From the NCBI GenBank assembly GCA_001790445.1, contig MGCQ01000001.1, positions 104,462-168,461 on the forward strand: a stretch of DNA of 64,000 bases, given 5' to 3'. Within the stretch, counting starts at the first letter, position 1. Each line of letters starts with the position of its first letter. The translations under genes were made by a program, and so were the position numbers. Origin of the DNA: Candidatus Saccharibacteria bacterium RIFCSPHIGHO2_12_FULL_41_12 (GTDB lineage: Bacteria; Patescibacteriota; Saccharimonadia; Saccharimonadales; 2-12-FULL-41-12). The notes under the pieces were generated by a model. It was not told the DNA's origin, searched no databases, and was given only the letters and a program-made list of their open reading frames with translations. Below are positions 37,468-46,873 of this stretch, in pieces.

Positions 37468-38715
37468 TCACATACTACGAAGAGAGTCAATAGGGTCTTT
37501 GCGTGCTGCCTTTCGGGCAGGAGCCACACCAAACACAGTACCAATAACCACGGAGCCAATTATCGCAAAAATCACCACTGAAAGATTTACGACCGGCTCT
37601 AAGTTAGTAAAGATGCGGAGCAGAAGCATAACTATCCCCGCCACGAGTAGGCCAGACAGTGAACCCCAAAAACTCAACACCATCGATTCTGTTAAAAATT
37701 GCCATTTGATCTGAGAGTTTGAAGCACCAACAGCTTTTCTGATACCTATTTCACGCGCTCTTTCGCTAACGGTCACTAGCATCACGTTCATTATCCCAAT
37801 ACCCCCAACTAGCAAAGATATTATTGCGATCAACACTGTCGTTGATGAAACAAGTGTAAACGTCTTGCTTGTCAAAATAGACATCTCATCACTACGCAGT
37901 ACGGTAAAATCTTCTTGTCCACCATGAACACTCTTGATTCTTTGATCGATAGCCCTAACTACACTCTGCTTGTCATACTCTGGTTTTACGCTCACTAGCA
38001 ATTCGTAGAGTTGGGGTTTTGATCCGGATAAGTTATACCCAACATTCTCAGGAATAAATATTGTCGAATTATAATTCATATTCTGGGTCAGCGGAGCTAT
38101 AGGGAATTGCTCAAAAACACCTCTAACAATGTACTCTTGGTCCCGAAACGTAAATGTCTTGCCAATAGGCACGACCTCCCCAAAAAAATCTTCGGCGATA
38201 CTTTTGCCGATAACGGCAACTCTTTTTTCTTTGTCGACATCTCCGTAAAATCCTCCAAAATCAATTTTCTGGGATACTGTATCAACAAAATCGTGTTTTG
38301 TGGCGATTACTGTTGCGCCACCGTATTCCTTATTGTCATATTTGACTGTACCGCTGACCAAAGCCATTGGGACAACTCGTTCAACTCCATCGATTAATTC
38401 GATTTCTTTGGCATCGTTAAGTGTGATCGAACCAGTTTGGATTGATGCTGGCAAAATATTTATTCTAGTGATTACTCCGTTACCATCTCGTTCGGCAATT
38501 CGGCCTGGTCGGACTGAAATAATATTTTTGGTGACAGTTTCACTCTGACGATTTACTTGGTGCTTAATGCCTTCGCCGATTCCAACAACAGTCACTACCG
38601 AAGCCACACCAATAATCACTCCAAGCATAGTCAAAAAACTTCTAAAGCGGTTGGCGCGGATTGAGTTTCTAGCCATCCGCATGTGATCAACCATCATCAT
38701 AGCCTTGCACCACAC
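37468..38715 (-). CDS. MacB/FtsX-type ABC transporter permease
   Basis: 415 aa. N-terminal TM, large periplasmic-type domain and a C-terminal FtsX 3-TM bundle (EIGIRKAVGA). The start may be one of the internal Met codons at 38676-38700. Confidence 0.8.
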   Translation of the reverse strand: MWCKAMMMVDHMRMARNSIRANRFRSFLTMLGVIIGVASVVTVVGIGEGIKHQVNRQSETVTKNIISVRPGRIAERDGNGVITRINILPASIQTGSITLNDAKEIELIDGVERVVPMALVSGTVKYDNKEYGGATVIATKHDFVDTVSQKIDFGGFYGDVDKEKRVAVIGKSIAEDFFGEVVPIGKTFTFRDQEYIVRGVFEQFPIAPLTQNMNYNSTIFIPENVGYNLSGSKPQLYELLVSVKPEYDKQSVVRAIDQRIKSVHGGQEDFTVLRSDEMSILTSKTFTLVSSTTVLIAIISLLVGGIGIMNVMLVTVSERAREIGIRKAVGASNSQIKWQFLTESMVLSFWGSLSGLLVAGIVMLLLRIFTNLEPVVNLSVVIFAIIGSVVIGTVFGVAPARKAARKDPIDSLRSM

Positions 38716-38737
38716 CTTTCCGCTAAATCAGAAATCA

Positions 38738-39634
38738 TCATGACTTTTTGGACCTCTTGTATTTCTTCTTTTTCGTAGGTCTTTTAACAGATGGCTTGCG
38801 AGATTTCTTGGTGGATTGAGGATTCATTTTTACATATTTACCTTGATCGGTCTCAACAGTCAACATAGCAGATACCCCAGCTATGTCATGCTCTTCGTTA
38901 GTTGTTTCTTCAAAAAACTTTGTATTTTCGCTAGACTCAGATATATCACCAAGTGATTTTTTCTCATCATGCACAATCATGCCGTCACGCATAAAAAGCA
39001 CTCTCGTCGCATAACGAGTCAGTTCTGGATTATGAGTCACCATTAATATCGTATTACCCATTTTATGAATATCGGCCAGCAGTTCCATAACCAAGCGGGA
39101 AGCGATACTGTCTAAATTTCCTGTTGGTTCGTCAGCAATAATAATCTCTGGCTGGTTGATCAATGAACGCGCGATGGCTACGCGTTGCACCTGCCCGCCA
39201 CTCAGCTGAGTTGGCAAAAAATAAGATCTGTCGCCCAACCCAACTCGCTCAAGCATCGTCCTAGCTTGCAGTATTCTATGGTGCAAATTTGCGCCCTGAT
39301 AGGCAAGAGGTAAAGCTACATTTTCTAGCACGTTCATGTTTGGCAACAAACTAAAAGATTGAAACACAAAACCAATTTTGTCCCTGCGTACCTTGGCACG
39401 CTGATCATCTTTTAAAGCCTCGACGTTGTCGCCATGTAGGGTAAAAGCGCCATACGTAGGCCTGTCCAGCAAACCAATAACATTCATCAGCGTGGACTTG
39501 CCCGAGCCACTTGGGCCCATTATTGCGACAAACTCGCCCTTGTTAATTTCCAAATTAATGTCCTCAAGGGCGACAGTAGTGGCGTCGCCAAATCCGTATA
39601 ATCGACTGACATCTTTTAAATTTATTATTGGCAT
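38738..39634 (-). CDS. ABC transporter ATP-binding protein (MacB/LolD-like) with a Lys-rich C-terminal tail
   Basis: 298 aa. GPSGSGKST, LSGGQVQR and IIIADEPT motifs, plus a ~70-aa extension ending KKKKYKRSKKS. Confidence 0.9.
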   Translation of the reverse strand: MPIINLKDVSRLYGFGDATTVALEDINLEINKGEFVAIMGPSGSGKSTLMNVIGLLDRPTYGAFTLHGDNVEALKDDQRAKVRRDKIGFVFQSFSLLPNMNVLENVALPLAYQGANLHHRILQARTMLERVGLGDRSYFLPTQLSGGQVQRVAIARSLINQPEIIIADEPTGNLDSIASRLVMELLADIHKMGNTILMVTHNPELTRYATRVLFMRDGMIVHDEKKSLGDISESSENTKFFEETTNEEHDIAGVSAMLTVETDQGKYVKMNPQSTKKSRKPSVKRPTKKKKYKRSKKS

Positions 39635-39875
39635 TACCTCTTAGTCTACACCTGTGGATAACTAAACTCAAGAAGTTAATGTCGTAATTTTAGCAATAGG
39701 CAAAATATCAACATTTGACAGATTAACAACGGTGCAGCAAAATTTAATCGTTAAATTAAATAAAATAAAAACTTATTAAAGGAAGATCACGAAACGAAAG
39801 GCCAGAAGTATTTTAAGCAATTCAGATGGAATCGCCCATCTGGGGATAGTAATTCTAATTGTTGCTGTCTTAGGT

Positions 39876-40061
39876 GTGATTAGTTTTGGTGTCTACAGAG
39901 TAGTCAGTGCCAATAACAGTGATCCTGTAACTACAGCCGAGATAGAAGAAGCAGAAATTAATGACGATGACGACGATGGTTACGCAGCCTCCAGCCAAGA
40001 TGAGCCGGACAATAACAAAGTAGACATCAAAGATCAGGAGGCAAAAAATGAAAAACTTTAA
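39876..40061 (+). CDS. Small acidic protein. The reading frame is open upstream to 39780 and encodes a TM helix without a canonical start
   Basis: First canonical start is GTG 39876. The upstream in-frame sequence (…KRKARSILSNSDGIAHLGIVILIVAVLGVISFGVY) looks like the real N-terminal anchor. Confidence 0.35.
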   Translation: MISFGVYRVVSANNSDPVTTAEIEEAEINDDDDDGYAASSQDEPDNNKVDIKDQEAKNEKL

Positions 40062-41289
40062 ACAAAAGTCATCATTTATTATCGTTCCTGTGCTCATGTT
40101 CGTAGCAGTAGGTACACTAGTTTTTTCTGGAGCCGTTTCTGCCCAGACCTCAACGGGTGGTGTGGCAGGACCCATAAAACCAAACTTAACTGATATTAAC
40201 AATTGTAGAACATCACTGTCTGCCTACGATGTTGCGTCCGTCAAGAAATACGGTAAAGAACGAGCAGACAAAAGAGCTAAGACGGTGGCAAAACTCGAAG
40301 CACTTATAAATGAGTCCTCCAGCAAAAGAGATTCTACATTTAACGCCAAGATGAGTTCTATAGAATCAATAATCAATAAATATGGACAAAACTCAAATGC
40401 GCAACTTGATAAATCATTGCCGAGCGGCAAAGCGCAACTAATTTCTGAGGTGAATAACAGCAGAACAATAGTTAGTAGAGGTACTGAAACAATTGGTGCG
40501 ACAGCTACTGCACAAGATGCTGCAAACGCAACCTGCTCGATGATTTATGAAGCTCAAATATACTCAACACTTGTTAACAAAGTCAGAGCACAAATCAAGC
40601 TAGACAATCTGTCAATGCGCAATTCTCTCAATCAAGCCAGACTTGTTGCAACAAACGCCCTCTATGACTCTAACCAGGGGGACAAAGAGATTGGCAATAA
40701 GGTAAAAGCACACAAAGCCACAATCGCAAAACTTTCTAGTCCAAAGGCTAATAGTGCTGGTCTTGAAAGTGCGCAAGCAAAAGTCAATACTGGTCAAGAC
40801 ATAAATAGTGAACTACAAACGCTCACACAGACTATTACGAAAACTCAGGGACCACAAATTGCCTCAGAACTATCACAAGTCAGAAATACAATCAAAAGTG
40901 AGATTACTGCAAAAACAAAGTCTTCAACGAAGAAGTCAAAGACAAAGTCAAAAGGTGGCACTGGCGGATCGGCACCAACAAGTGGTGGATCAACTAAACA
41001 GACCGCCAAAAAGAAAGCTACAATAAAGAAAAAAGCCACAAAAAGAGAACACTCTAGCCATAAGGGGACAGAATGTGCGAAAAGTGGCAGTGGAAACCAG
41101 CACTGTGCGGCATACCAGCCTCAAGGCAAAGGAGAATCAATACTATACGTCAACAAACGACGAGCAGATGCTCAAAGAAAAGCCAACAAGCAAGCAAAAG
41201 CTGAAGACAACGCCAAAAAGCAAGCAAAAGAAAATCAAAAAATTGAAAAAAAAGGAAACAAATTAGTCAAAAAGCTGCGTGGGCTTTAA
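40048..41289 (+). CDS. Secreted Lys/Ser/Thr-rich protein, unknown function
   Basis: 413 aa. Signal peptide …FSGAVSA|QTS, low-complexity helical body and a basic C-terminal third. Confidence 0.6.
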   Translation: MKNFKQKSSFIIVPVLMFVAVGTLVFSGAVSAQTSTGGVAGPIKPNLTDINNCRTSLSAYDVASVKKYGKERADKRAKTVAKLEALINESSSKRDSTFNAKMSSIESIINKYGQNSNAQLDKSLPSGKAQLISEVNNSRTIVSRGTETIGATATAQDAANATCSMIYEAQIYSTLVNKVRAQIKLDNLSMRNSLNQARLVATNALYDSNQGDKEIGNKVKAHKATIAKLSSPKANSAGLESAQAKVNTGQDINSELQTLTQTITKTQGPQIASELSQVRNTIKSEITAKTKSSTKKSKTKSKGGTGGSAPTSGGSTKQTAKKKATIKKKATKREHSSHKGTECAKSGSGNQHCAAYQPQGKGESILYVNKRRADAQRKANKQAKAEDNAKKQAKENQKIEKKGNKLVKKLRGL

Positions 41290-41336
41290 ACTTAGTTAAT
41301 TATCAACTCTGACTTAACTGCTATAATTACTGGGTT

Positions 41337-41426
41337 GGAGAGGTGTCCGAGTGGCTTAAGGAGCACGCTTGGAAAGCGTGTAAAGGGGCAACTCTTTCGC
41401 GGGTTCGAATCCCGCTCTCTCCGCCA
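41337..41426 (+). tRNA. tRNA-Ser (GGA), CCA encoded
   Basis: 90 nt, class II. Acceptor GGAGAGG/TCTCTCC, anticodon stem CACGC/GCGTG with loop TTGGAAA, long variable arm, T arm GCGGG-TTCGAAT-CCCGC. A TATAAT at 41322-27 sits just upstream. Confidence 0.95.
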
Positions 41427-41463
41427 TCCTTCGTCCCTCCGCCTTTTGCGGGGCTACGAAGGA
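41427..41463 (+). terminator. Hairpin directly after tRNA-Ser, with the same flanks as the hairpin after tRNA-Asn
   Basis: TCCTTCG…CGAAGGA outer stem with inner CCGC/GCGG, followed by TTATTGG. Compare TCCTCCGTC…GGGGGATTATTTTTT after tRNA-Asn. Confidence 0.5.
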
Positions 41464-41471
41464 TTATTGGG

Positions 41472-41555
41472 TGCGGGTTCGAACCAAAAGACAAGTTTAC
41501 TCGGGTTCTGAGTGAGTACCGCAGGGAAGAGGCTTCAGCCGATATCCCGCTCTCT
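41472..41555 (+). pseudogene. tRNA-Ser-derived T-arm/acceptor fragment with a ~61-nt insertion in the T loop
   Basis: TGCGGGTTCGAA + 61 nt + TCCCGCTCTCT mirrors the genuine 3' end CGCGGGTTCGAATCCCGCTCTCTCC located 60 nt upstream. Confidence 0.75.
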
Positions 41556-41658
41556 TTCATATAAAAAGTCAGCTTTGGATGACTCAAGTTTATTTTAAGC
41601 TTGCCATTTTGAGACGTGTAGGGGTATGATATGAACATAAATAAGAGGGAGTTATTTT

Positions 41659-42195
41659 ATGTCAACAATAAAAACATTAGAACAACAGATTGGTGGCCTG
41701 TTTAAAGATTTGCCATCACTACCGAAAAACGTCAAGGATACTTTGGTCCAATGGTGGCCATATCTGGCGCTTATTTTTGGTATTTTACAACTGTTAGCAG
41801 CTTGGGGACTGTGGAACTTATTAAGTGTTAGCAACTCATTGATTAACTATGCTAACCAAATTAGCCAATACACTACGGGTGTTTCTGTTGGGTATAGTTC
41901 AACAGACAAAATAGTTATCTACGGTGGGATAGCTCTGTTGGTCATTAATGCTGTTATCTTTTTGATGGCGTTTGCGCCACTCAAGCTCAAAGCTCAAAGA
42001 GGCTGGGATCTACTATTTCTTGCCAGCCTAATCAATATCGTTTATGGGGTTGCGCAGATCTTTATTTCTGGACGAGGTGTTGGAGATTTCATTTTGAGTT
42101 TGATCGGTACAGCTATTGGCCTATATCTATTGTTCCAGGTCAAAGACTACTACGGCAAAAAAGGCTCAGCTAGTTCCGCACCTGTTAGCAAATAG
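41659..42195 (+). CDS. Membrane protein, unknown function
   Basis: 178 aa with 4 TM helices. Confidence 0.6.
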   Translation: MSTIKTLEQQIGGLFKDLPSLPKNVKDTLVQWWPYLALIFGILQLLAAWGLWNLLSVSNSLINYANQISQYTTGVSVGYSSTDKIVIYGGIALLVINAVIFLMAFAPLKLKAQRGWDLLFLASLINIVYGVAQIFISGRGVGDFILSLIGTAIGLYLLFQVKDYYGKKGSASSAPVSK

Positions 42196-42209
42196 TAAAC
42201 AGTTAGTAT

Positions 42210-42629
42210 ATGGATATATCAGTTAATTATCTTGCAGTATTTTTGGCGGCCATTGTTAGTGTTGTAGTTGGGGCGGTTTGGTATTCAAACACTGTTCTGG
42301 GCCAAACTTGGAGAAAGTTGGTCAGACTAACAGGGGAGGATATTGAAGATAATACGCTTAGCGCTAATATAAAAGCCTTTGCGATGTCTCTTCTCAGTGC
42401 ATTTATTCTGTTTAATATTACATTTCTGTACCACCAATATTTCAACAGTTCATGGATGAGTGCATCGCTTGGGACGGCGTTTTGGGTCTGGCTCGGCTTT
42501 ATTGTGACGTCACATGTAACCCATGATACATTCAGAAAAAGAGATTTTAGGCTGACGACAATATCTCTTGGCCACCATTTAATGGAGTTTTTGGCTATGG
42601 GTCTAGTTATTGGCCTAATCGGGAGATAA
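42210..42629 (+). CDS. DUF1761-family membrane protein
   Basis: 139 aa. N-terminal …VVGAVWYSN.VLGQ.W motif and 4 TM helices. Confidence 0.6.
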   Translation: MDISVNYLAVFLAAIVSVVVGAVWYSNTVLGQTWRKLVRLTGEDIEDNTLSANIKAFAMSLLSAFILFNITFLYHQYFNSSWMSASLGTAFWVWLGFIVTSHVTHDTFRKRDFRLTTISLGHHLMEFLAMGLVIGLIGR

Positions 42630-42650
42630 CCCTTTTTGGGTTTTCCCTCC

Positions 42651-43355
42651 TTAAGAAATTAGGGTACCGGCTGGTTTTCCTGCCGATGCGTTTTTAATGT
42701 TGCCTTTTTTGGTTAGGTCAAAAACTACTACCTTTACCTTGTGCTCCATCGCAAGACCAAGTGCAGCTTTGTCCATAACTTTGATGTCTCTGTTTTCAAT
42801 TGCTTGTTGCATGGTTAAAGTTTCGAATTTTTTTGCATCAGGATTATCGGCAGGGTCTTTGTCGTATACACCATCAAATTTTGTGGCTTTTAAGACCACT
42901 TCACAGTCAAGTTCAAGCGCAATTACCACCGCCGCTGTATCAGTAGTAAGATATGGTCTACCAGTACCACCAGCCGCGATAACTACACGACCTTTTTCTA
43001 AATGCTTGTTAGCTAGACGGTGAACAAATTTCTCCGCAACCTGATCTGCAAAAATATTGCTTAGACAACGCGTCCTAACCCCCTGAGCTTCAAAAATATC
43101 AGTTAGTGCCAGTGCATTGATCACCGTACCAAGCATGCCCATGTGGTCGCCCGTAACACGCTTGACACCATGGCCAACAACCTGTGCGCCACGTACAAAA
43201 TTACCGCCTCCTACCATGAGAACAACCTGAGTTCCTGACTCTGATATTTCCTTAATTTCTCTAGCCAACCATCCCACTAATTCCGGATCAATACCTGATT
43301 CAAATTTGCCAGAAAGTTGTTCGCCAGAGATTTTGATTAAGACTCTTTTATACAT
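42651..43355 (-). CDS. pyrH: UMP kinase
   Basis: 234 aa. YKRVLIKISGE, VGGGNF.RG and TTDTAA motifs. Confidence 0.93.
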   Translation of the reverse strand: MYKRVLIKISGEQLSGKFESGIDPELVGWLAREIKEISESGTQVVLMVGGGNFVRGAQVVGHGVKRVTGDHMGMLGTVINALALTDIFEAQGVRTRCLSNIFADQVAEKFVHRLANKHLEKGRVVIAAGGTGRPYLTTDTAAVVIALELDCEVVLKATKFDGVYDKDPADNPDAKKFETLTMQQAIENRDIKVMDKAALGLAMEHKVKVVVFDLTKKGNIKNASAGKPAGTLIS

Positions 43356-43372
43356 CGGAAATAGTATAGCAT

Positions 43373-43663
43373 ATGGAAAGTAAATCGTGCTATGATTATA
43401 TGACTATGAGTGGTACAGACAGAGAAATTCGGCATTTATCTATGTTGGTTGAGGATGTAATCAGCCAGAACAAAGCTGTTTTGGAGATTGTTGGAGACAT
43501 GCAAGAAGATATGAAATGTCTTGCAAAAAGTAAAGACTTGGAAGAAGTTAAGGCAGATGTGAAAACGATAAAAACCGTAATAACAGACACCAACAAGCAA
43601 GTCAACAATCATGAAAAACGCATAACAAAACTTGAAAAAAATAGCTTAGCTTTTCAGACATAA
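43373..43663 (+). CDS. Hypothetical coiled-coil protein
   Basis: 96-aa ORF with heptad-like charged sequence. The start is uncertain because internal Met codons exist. Confidence 0.4.
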   Translation: MESKSCYDYMTMSGTDREIRHLSMLVEDVISQNKAVLEIVGDMQEDMKCLAKSKDLEEVKADVKTIKTVITDTNKQVNNHEKRITKLEKNSLAFQT

Positions 43664-43666
43664 ATT

Positions 43667-44467
43667 ATGAAGCTTTATAGCTGGAATGTGAATGGAATCA
43701 GGGCGGTTATCAATAAAGGTGCTTTTGGAGATTTTATAAAGAGGCATGATCCTGATATTCTTTGCCTACAAGAGACAAAGGCGATGCAAGGCCAAGCAGA
43801 AATTGATCTGCCACAGTATGAAGAATATTGGAACTCAGCTGTCAAAAAAGGTTATTCTGGTACAGCTATTTTTACCAAGACAAAACCTCTTACGATAATA
43901 AATAACTTCTCTGAGAAAATTGCTAAGAAATATGATCTTCAAAATGACGGATACGGTGATGTCAACTCTGAGGGCAGGGTATTATCTCTGGAATTTGAAG
44001 ATTTTTGGGTTGCAACAGTCTATACACCCAATTCTAAGGGAGATCTGTCTCGCCTAGAACTTCGCCACAAAAAGTGGGATCCAGCATTTTTAGAACATAT
44101 AAAAGAACTAGAAAAAACCAAGCCAGTTATCTTCTGCGGCGACCTTAACGTTGCGCACACAGAGATTGACTTAGCCAGACCTAAAGAAAATATTGGCAAA
44201 CACGGCTTTACGAGTGAAGAGAGAGAAGGGTTCGATAAGATGTTATCTGCAGGTTTTTTTGACACTTTTCGCCATTTCTATCCTGACAAGACTGATGCCT
44301 ACTCCTGGTGGACGCACTGGGCTAATGCTAGAGCGAAAAATGTAGGTTGGCGTATAGATTATTGGCTCGCAAGTAACTCAATTATAGACAAGGTTAAATC
44401 AGCAGAAATATACCCAGACGTTATAGGCTCCGACCACTGCCCGATTAGTGTAGAACTAGACATATAA
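43667..44467 (+). CDS. xth: Exodeoxyribonuclease III (AP endonuclease)
   Basis: 266 aa. SWNVNG, LCLQETK, GDLNV and SDHCP motifs. Confidence 0.93.
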   Translation: MKLYSWNVNGIRAVINKGAFGDFIKRHDPDILCLQETKAMQGQAEIDLPQYEEYWNSAVKKGYSGTAIFTKTKPLTIINNFSEKIAKKYDLQNDGYGDVNSEGRVLSLEFEDFWVATVYTPNSKGDLSRLELRHKKWDPAFLEHIKELEKTKPVIFCGDLNVAHTEIDLARPKENIGKHGFTSEEREGFDKMLSAGFFDTFRHFYPDKTDAYSWWTHWANARAKNVGWRIDYWLASNSIIDKVKSAEIYPDVIGSDHCPISVELDI

Positions 44468-44471
44468 ACTC

Positions 44472-44508
44472 GCTCCTCTTTGTAGGGTTGAACCTTGCAA
44501 AGAGGAGC
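44472..44508. terminator. Hairpin terminator between convergent genes
   Basis: 11-bp stem GCTCCTCTTTG / CAAAGAGGAGC. Confidence 0.65.
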
Positions 44509-44532
44509 CTTGCACAAAAATTTTGACTTAGC

Positions 44533-46041
44533 TTAGAGGCTAACTGTTTTTGTTATAACAGCTGTTGCGCCGTTAGCATCAGTTACGATCAATGTAGCGA
44601 TGTAATTGCCTAGTTTTTTATATTTGTGAGTGGGGGATACAGCCGTAGAAGTTCCGCCATCTCCGAAGTTCCAGCTATAAGTCAGATTCGTACCATCTAT
44701 ATCACTTGAAGTATTTGCAAAACTTACATTGCGATGTGAGCCAACAGTAAAGTTGAATCCAACCGTTGGATCGTCGTTAATACTGGAGACAGTCAGGCTA
44801 ACCGTGGCTGTGGCAGAACCCTCAGAATTAGAGACTGCATATGTAAAGCTATCACTGCCATTGTAGTTAGTGGCAGGGGTGTAGGTAAATGTGCCATCTG
44901 TAGAAACGGAAACTGTGCCATGTTGAGCTTGTGTCTGTAATGAGTAGGTGGCCACGCCTTCGACAGAGTCGTTTGTGGTGACACTACCGCTTAGCGCGCT
45001 GTCTTCACTGACTGAGAAATTGTCGGCAATGGCAACAGGCGGTTCAATTACAGGATTGACCGTAATATTTACGATAGCCTGGGAGCTAAAACCATCAGCA
45101 TCTGTCACGCTGTAAACAAAGCTATCGACGCCGTTGTAGTTGGCGGCAGGGGTGTAGGTGAATGAACCATTGCCTAGATTTTGCAAAGTTCCGTGATCAG
45201 CACCATCGACAACGTCAACTTGCCCAGGCAAAGGCTGGTCATCGCTATCATTGGCATATACGTTAATCTGGACTGAGCTGTCTTCATTAACAACCGCTTG
45301 GTCGTTCTGAAGAGTTGGAGCTACTGGATCGGGGACTACTGTTCCTAGAGTCATAGTAACTGTTGCTTCATTGCTAACACCTCCATACACATCAACTGCT
45401 CGATAAGTAAAGCTAACTGGGCCTCTATAACCAGGCTCAGGAGTATATGATGTATAGACTGACTGGCCTACGTTGACACTTCCGTGATCCGGCTGGGTTA
45501 CTACCTCGGCGAATAGGAAATCACCTTCGGGATCTGAGTCGTTTGCACGCAAATCAGGCGTTATAGTGTTTCCGCTATCAAGAGAATAGTCTGACAGACC
45601 ACTAAAATCATACTGATCATTATTAGCCGTGGGAGACTGATTAACATCGCGAACATTGAGATCCCTACTATAACTATCCGTCAATCCTACTTCGTCAGTA
45701 ACTGTTAACGTAGCCACGAAAACACCTGGAGTAAGATATACGTGCGTAATATCTCCAGCAGAAGAACTATAGCCTGTGCCGTCTCCAAAATCCCAAGTGT
45801 AATTTGTTATTTGATCCCCGCAGCCATCACTGTAATTAGTAAAATTTGCAGTCTGATTGGTCATAATCGTAGCGTCGGTCCAGAAGGAAGAATAAGGCAC
45901 ACCATCCGCACCGCATGTAGGGCCCCCAGCAGCACTTGCTTTATTAACACTTACAATACCTAGGACCGGCGTCATCGCCAGAAACAGAGCAAAAACCCCA
46001 AAAGTAAATTTTTTAATATTTGTTAACATTAGACCCTCCAT
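44533..46041 (-). CDS. Secreted surface protein with PKD domains flanking cadherin/Ig-like repeats
   Basis: 502 aa with a signal peptide. WDFGDG…H.Y appears at both ends (PKD), with repeated …DSF.Y.V.D..G.S… modules between. Confidence 0.7.
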   Translation of the reverse strand: MEGLMLTNIKKFTFGVFALFLAMTPVLGIVSVNKASAAGGPTCGADGVPYSSFWTDATIMTNQTANFTNYSDGCGDQITNYTWDFGDGTGYSSSAGDITHVYLTPGVFVATLTVTDEVGLTDSYSRDLNVRDVNQSPTANNDQYDFSGLSDYSLDSGNTITPDLRANDSDPEGDFLFAEVVTQPDHGSVNVGQSVYTSYTPEPGYRGPVSFTYRAVDVYGGVSNEATVTMTLGTVVPDPVAPTLQNDQAVVNEDSSVQINVYANDSDDQPLPGQVDVVDGADHGTLQNLGNGSFTYTPAANYNGVDSFVYSVTDADGFSSQAIVNITVNPVIEPPVAIADNFSVSEDSALSGSVTTNDSVEGVATYSLQTQAQHGTVSVSTDGTFTYTPATNYNGSDSFTYAVSNSEGSATATVSLTVSSINDDPTVGFNFTVGSHRNVSFANTSSDIDGTNLTYSWNFGDGGTSTAVSPTHKYKKLGNYIATLIVTDANGATAVITKTVSL

Positions 46042-46122
46042 TAATTTTAAACCATGGATTTATTAAACCACTTATTGCACGCAATAACAACCAGGCTTGA
46101 TTAGAACCCCTACACTGCCCAA

Positions 46123-46797
46123 TCAGTGTAGAAATCTAAATGGTAATGAATCTTGCTGAGCAACTCTTCCAGCCCTTAAAACATGAGGCGGTTTCTTTGT
46201 GGGAGGCTCGATGCCTACAATCCAATCCTTTTTAATACCACCGAATATTCCAACTTCTGCTACCTCAATTGTATCTTTATACCCAATTTGTTTGTCTGTG
46301 GCTTCAATAACCTTCGCCACTGGCAGCACTCGATCCATAGGAACATCAAGAGCCATAAGGTGCATGTGTGGCCAGATGCGTTTTTTTGCTAGGTACTCAT
46401 CGTAGGTTGCAGATAACCATACGGTGGCAACTCCGTAAGCTCTTTGCATATAAACAGACTGCATTCTGTCAACTTTAGGTACAAAACAGCCTGGCAAATC
46501 AGGACTTTCATCATCTAATGGCTCAATCTTTTTCCTATAGAAATCAAATGGATCCTTTGAATACCAATCAGGTAACTTTACTGTGTTTGACAATGTCGCT
46601 ATACTAGCAACGCTCAAATTACCGATATCTATCCCCCTAAAGGCTGTTGCTAGCTGTGGAACATCAATATTTAAGGATCTTCTATACAAGCGTATGTTGT
46701 CACCGTTAATTTCTATCTCTGAATTACCTTCAAAGTAAGGTCGATACTCGCGTCCGCCAGCTTCGATATATTGAGCAAATGTATTAAAATAAGACAT
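46123..46797 (-). CDS. Hypothetical protein
   Basis: 224-aa ORF with no recognisable motif. Confidence 0.5.
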   Translation of the reverse strand: MSYFNTFAQYIEAGGREYRPYFEGNSEIEINGDNIRLYRRSLNIDVPQLATAFRGIDIGNLSVASIATLSNTVKLPDWYSKDPFDFYRKKIEPLDDESPDLPGCFVPKVDRMQSVYMQRAYGVATVWLSATYDEYLAKKRIWPHMHLMALDVPMDRVLPVAKVIEATDKQIGYKDTIEVAEVGIFGGIKKDWIVGIEPPTKKPPHVLRAGRVAQQDSLPFRFLH

Positions 46798-46873
46798 AAT
46801 CTTAAATATTATACAACTATATTTTGTATGTAGCTATTTTGTTTTATTGAAAAAACAACATAATATTAAACCT

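Noticed and set aside
41327-41638. ORFs 41327..41638 (-) and 41343..41564 (+)
   Set aside because: Both overlap tRNA-Ser and its derived fragment and are artefacts of translating structured RNA sequence.
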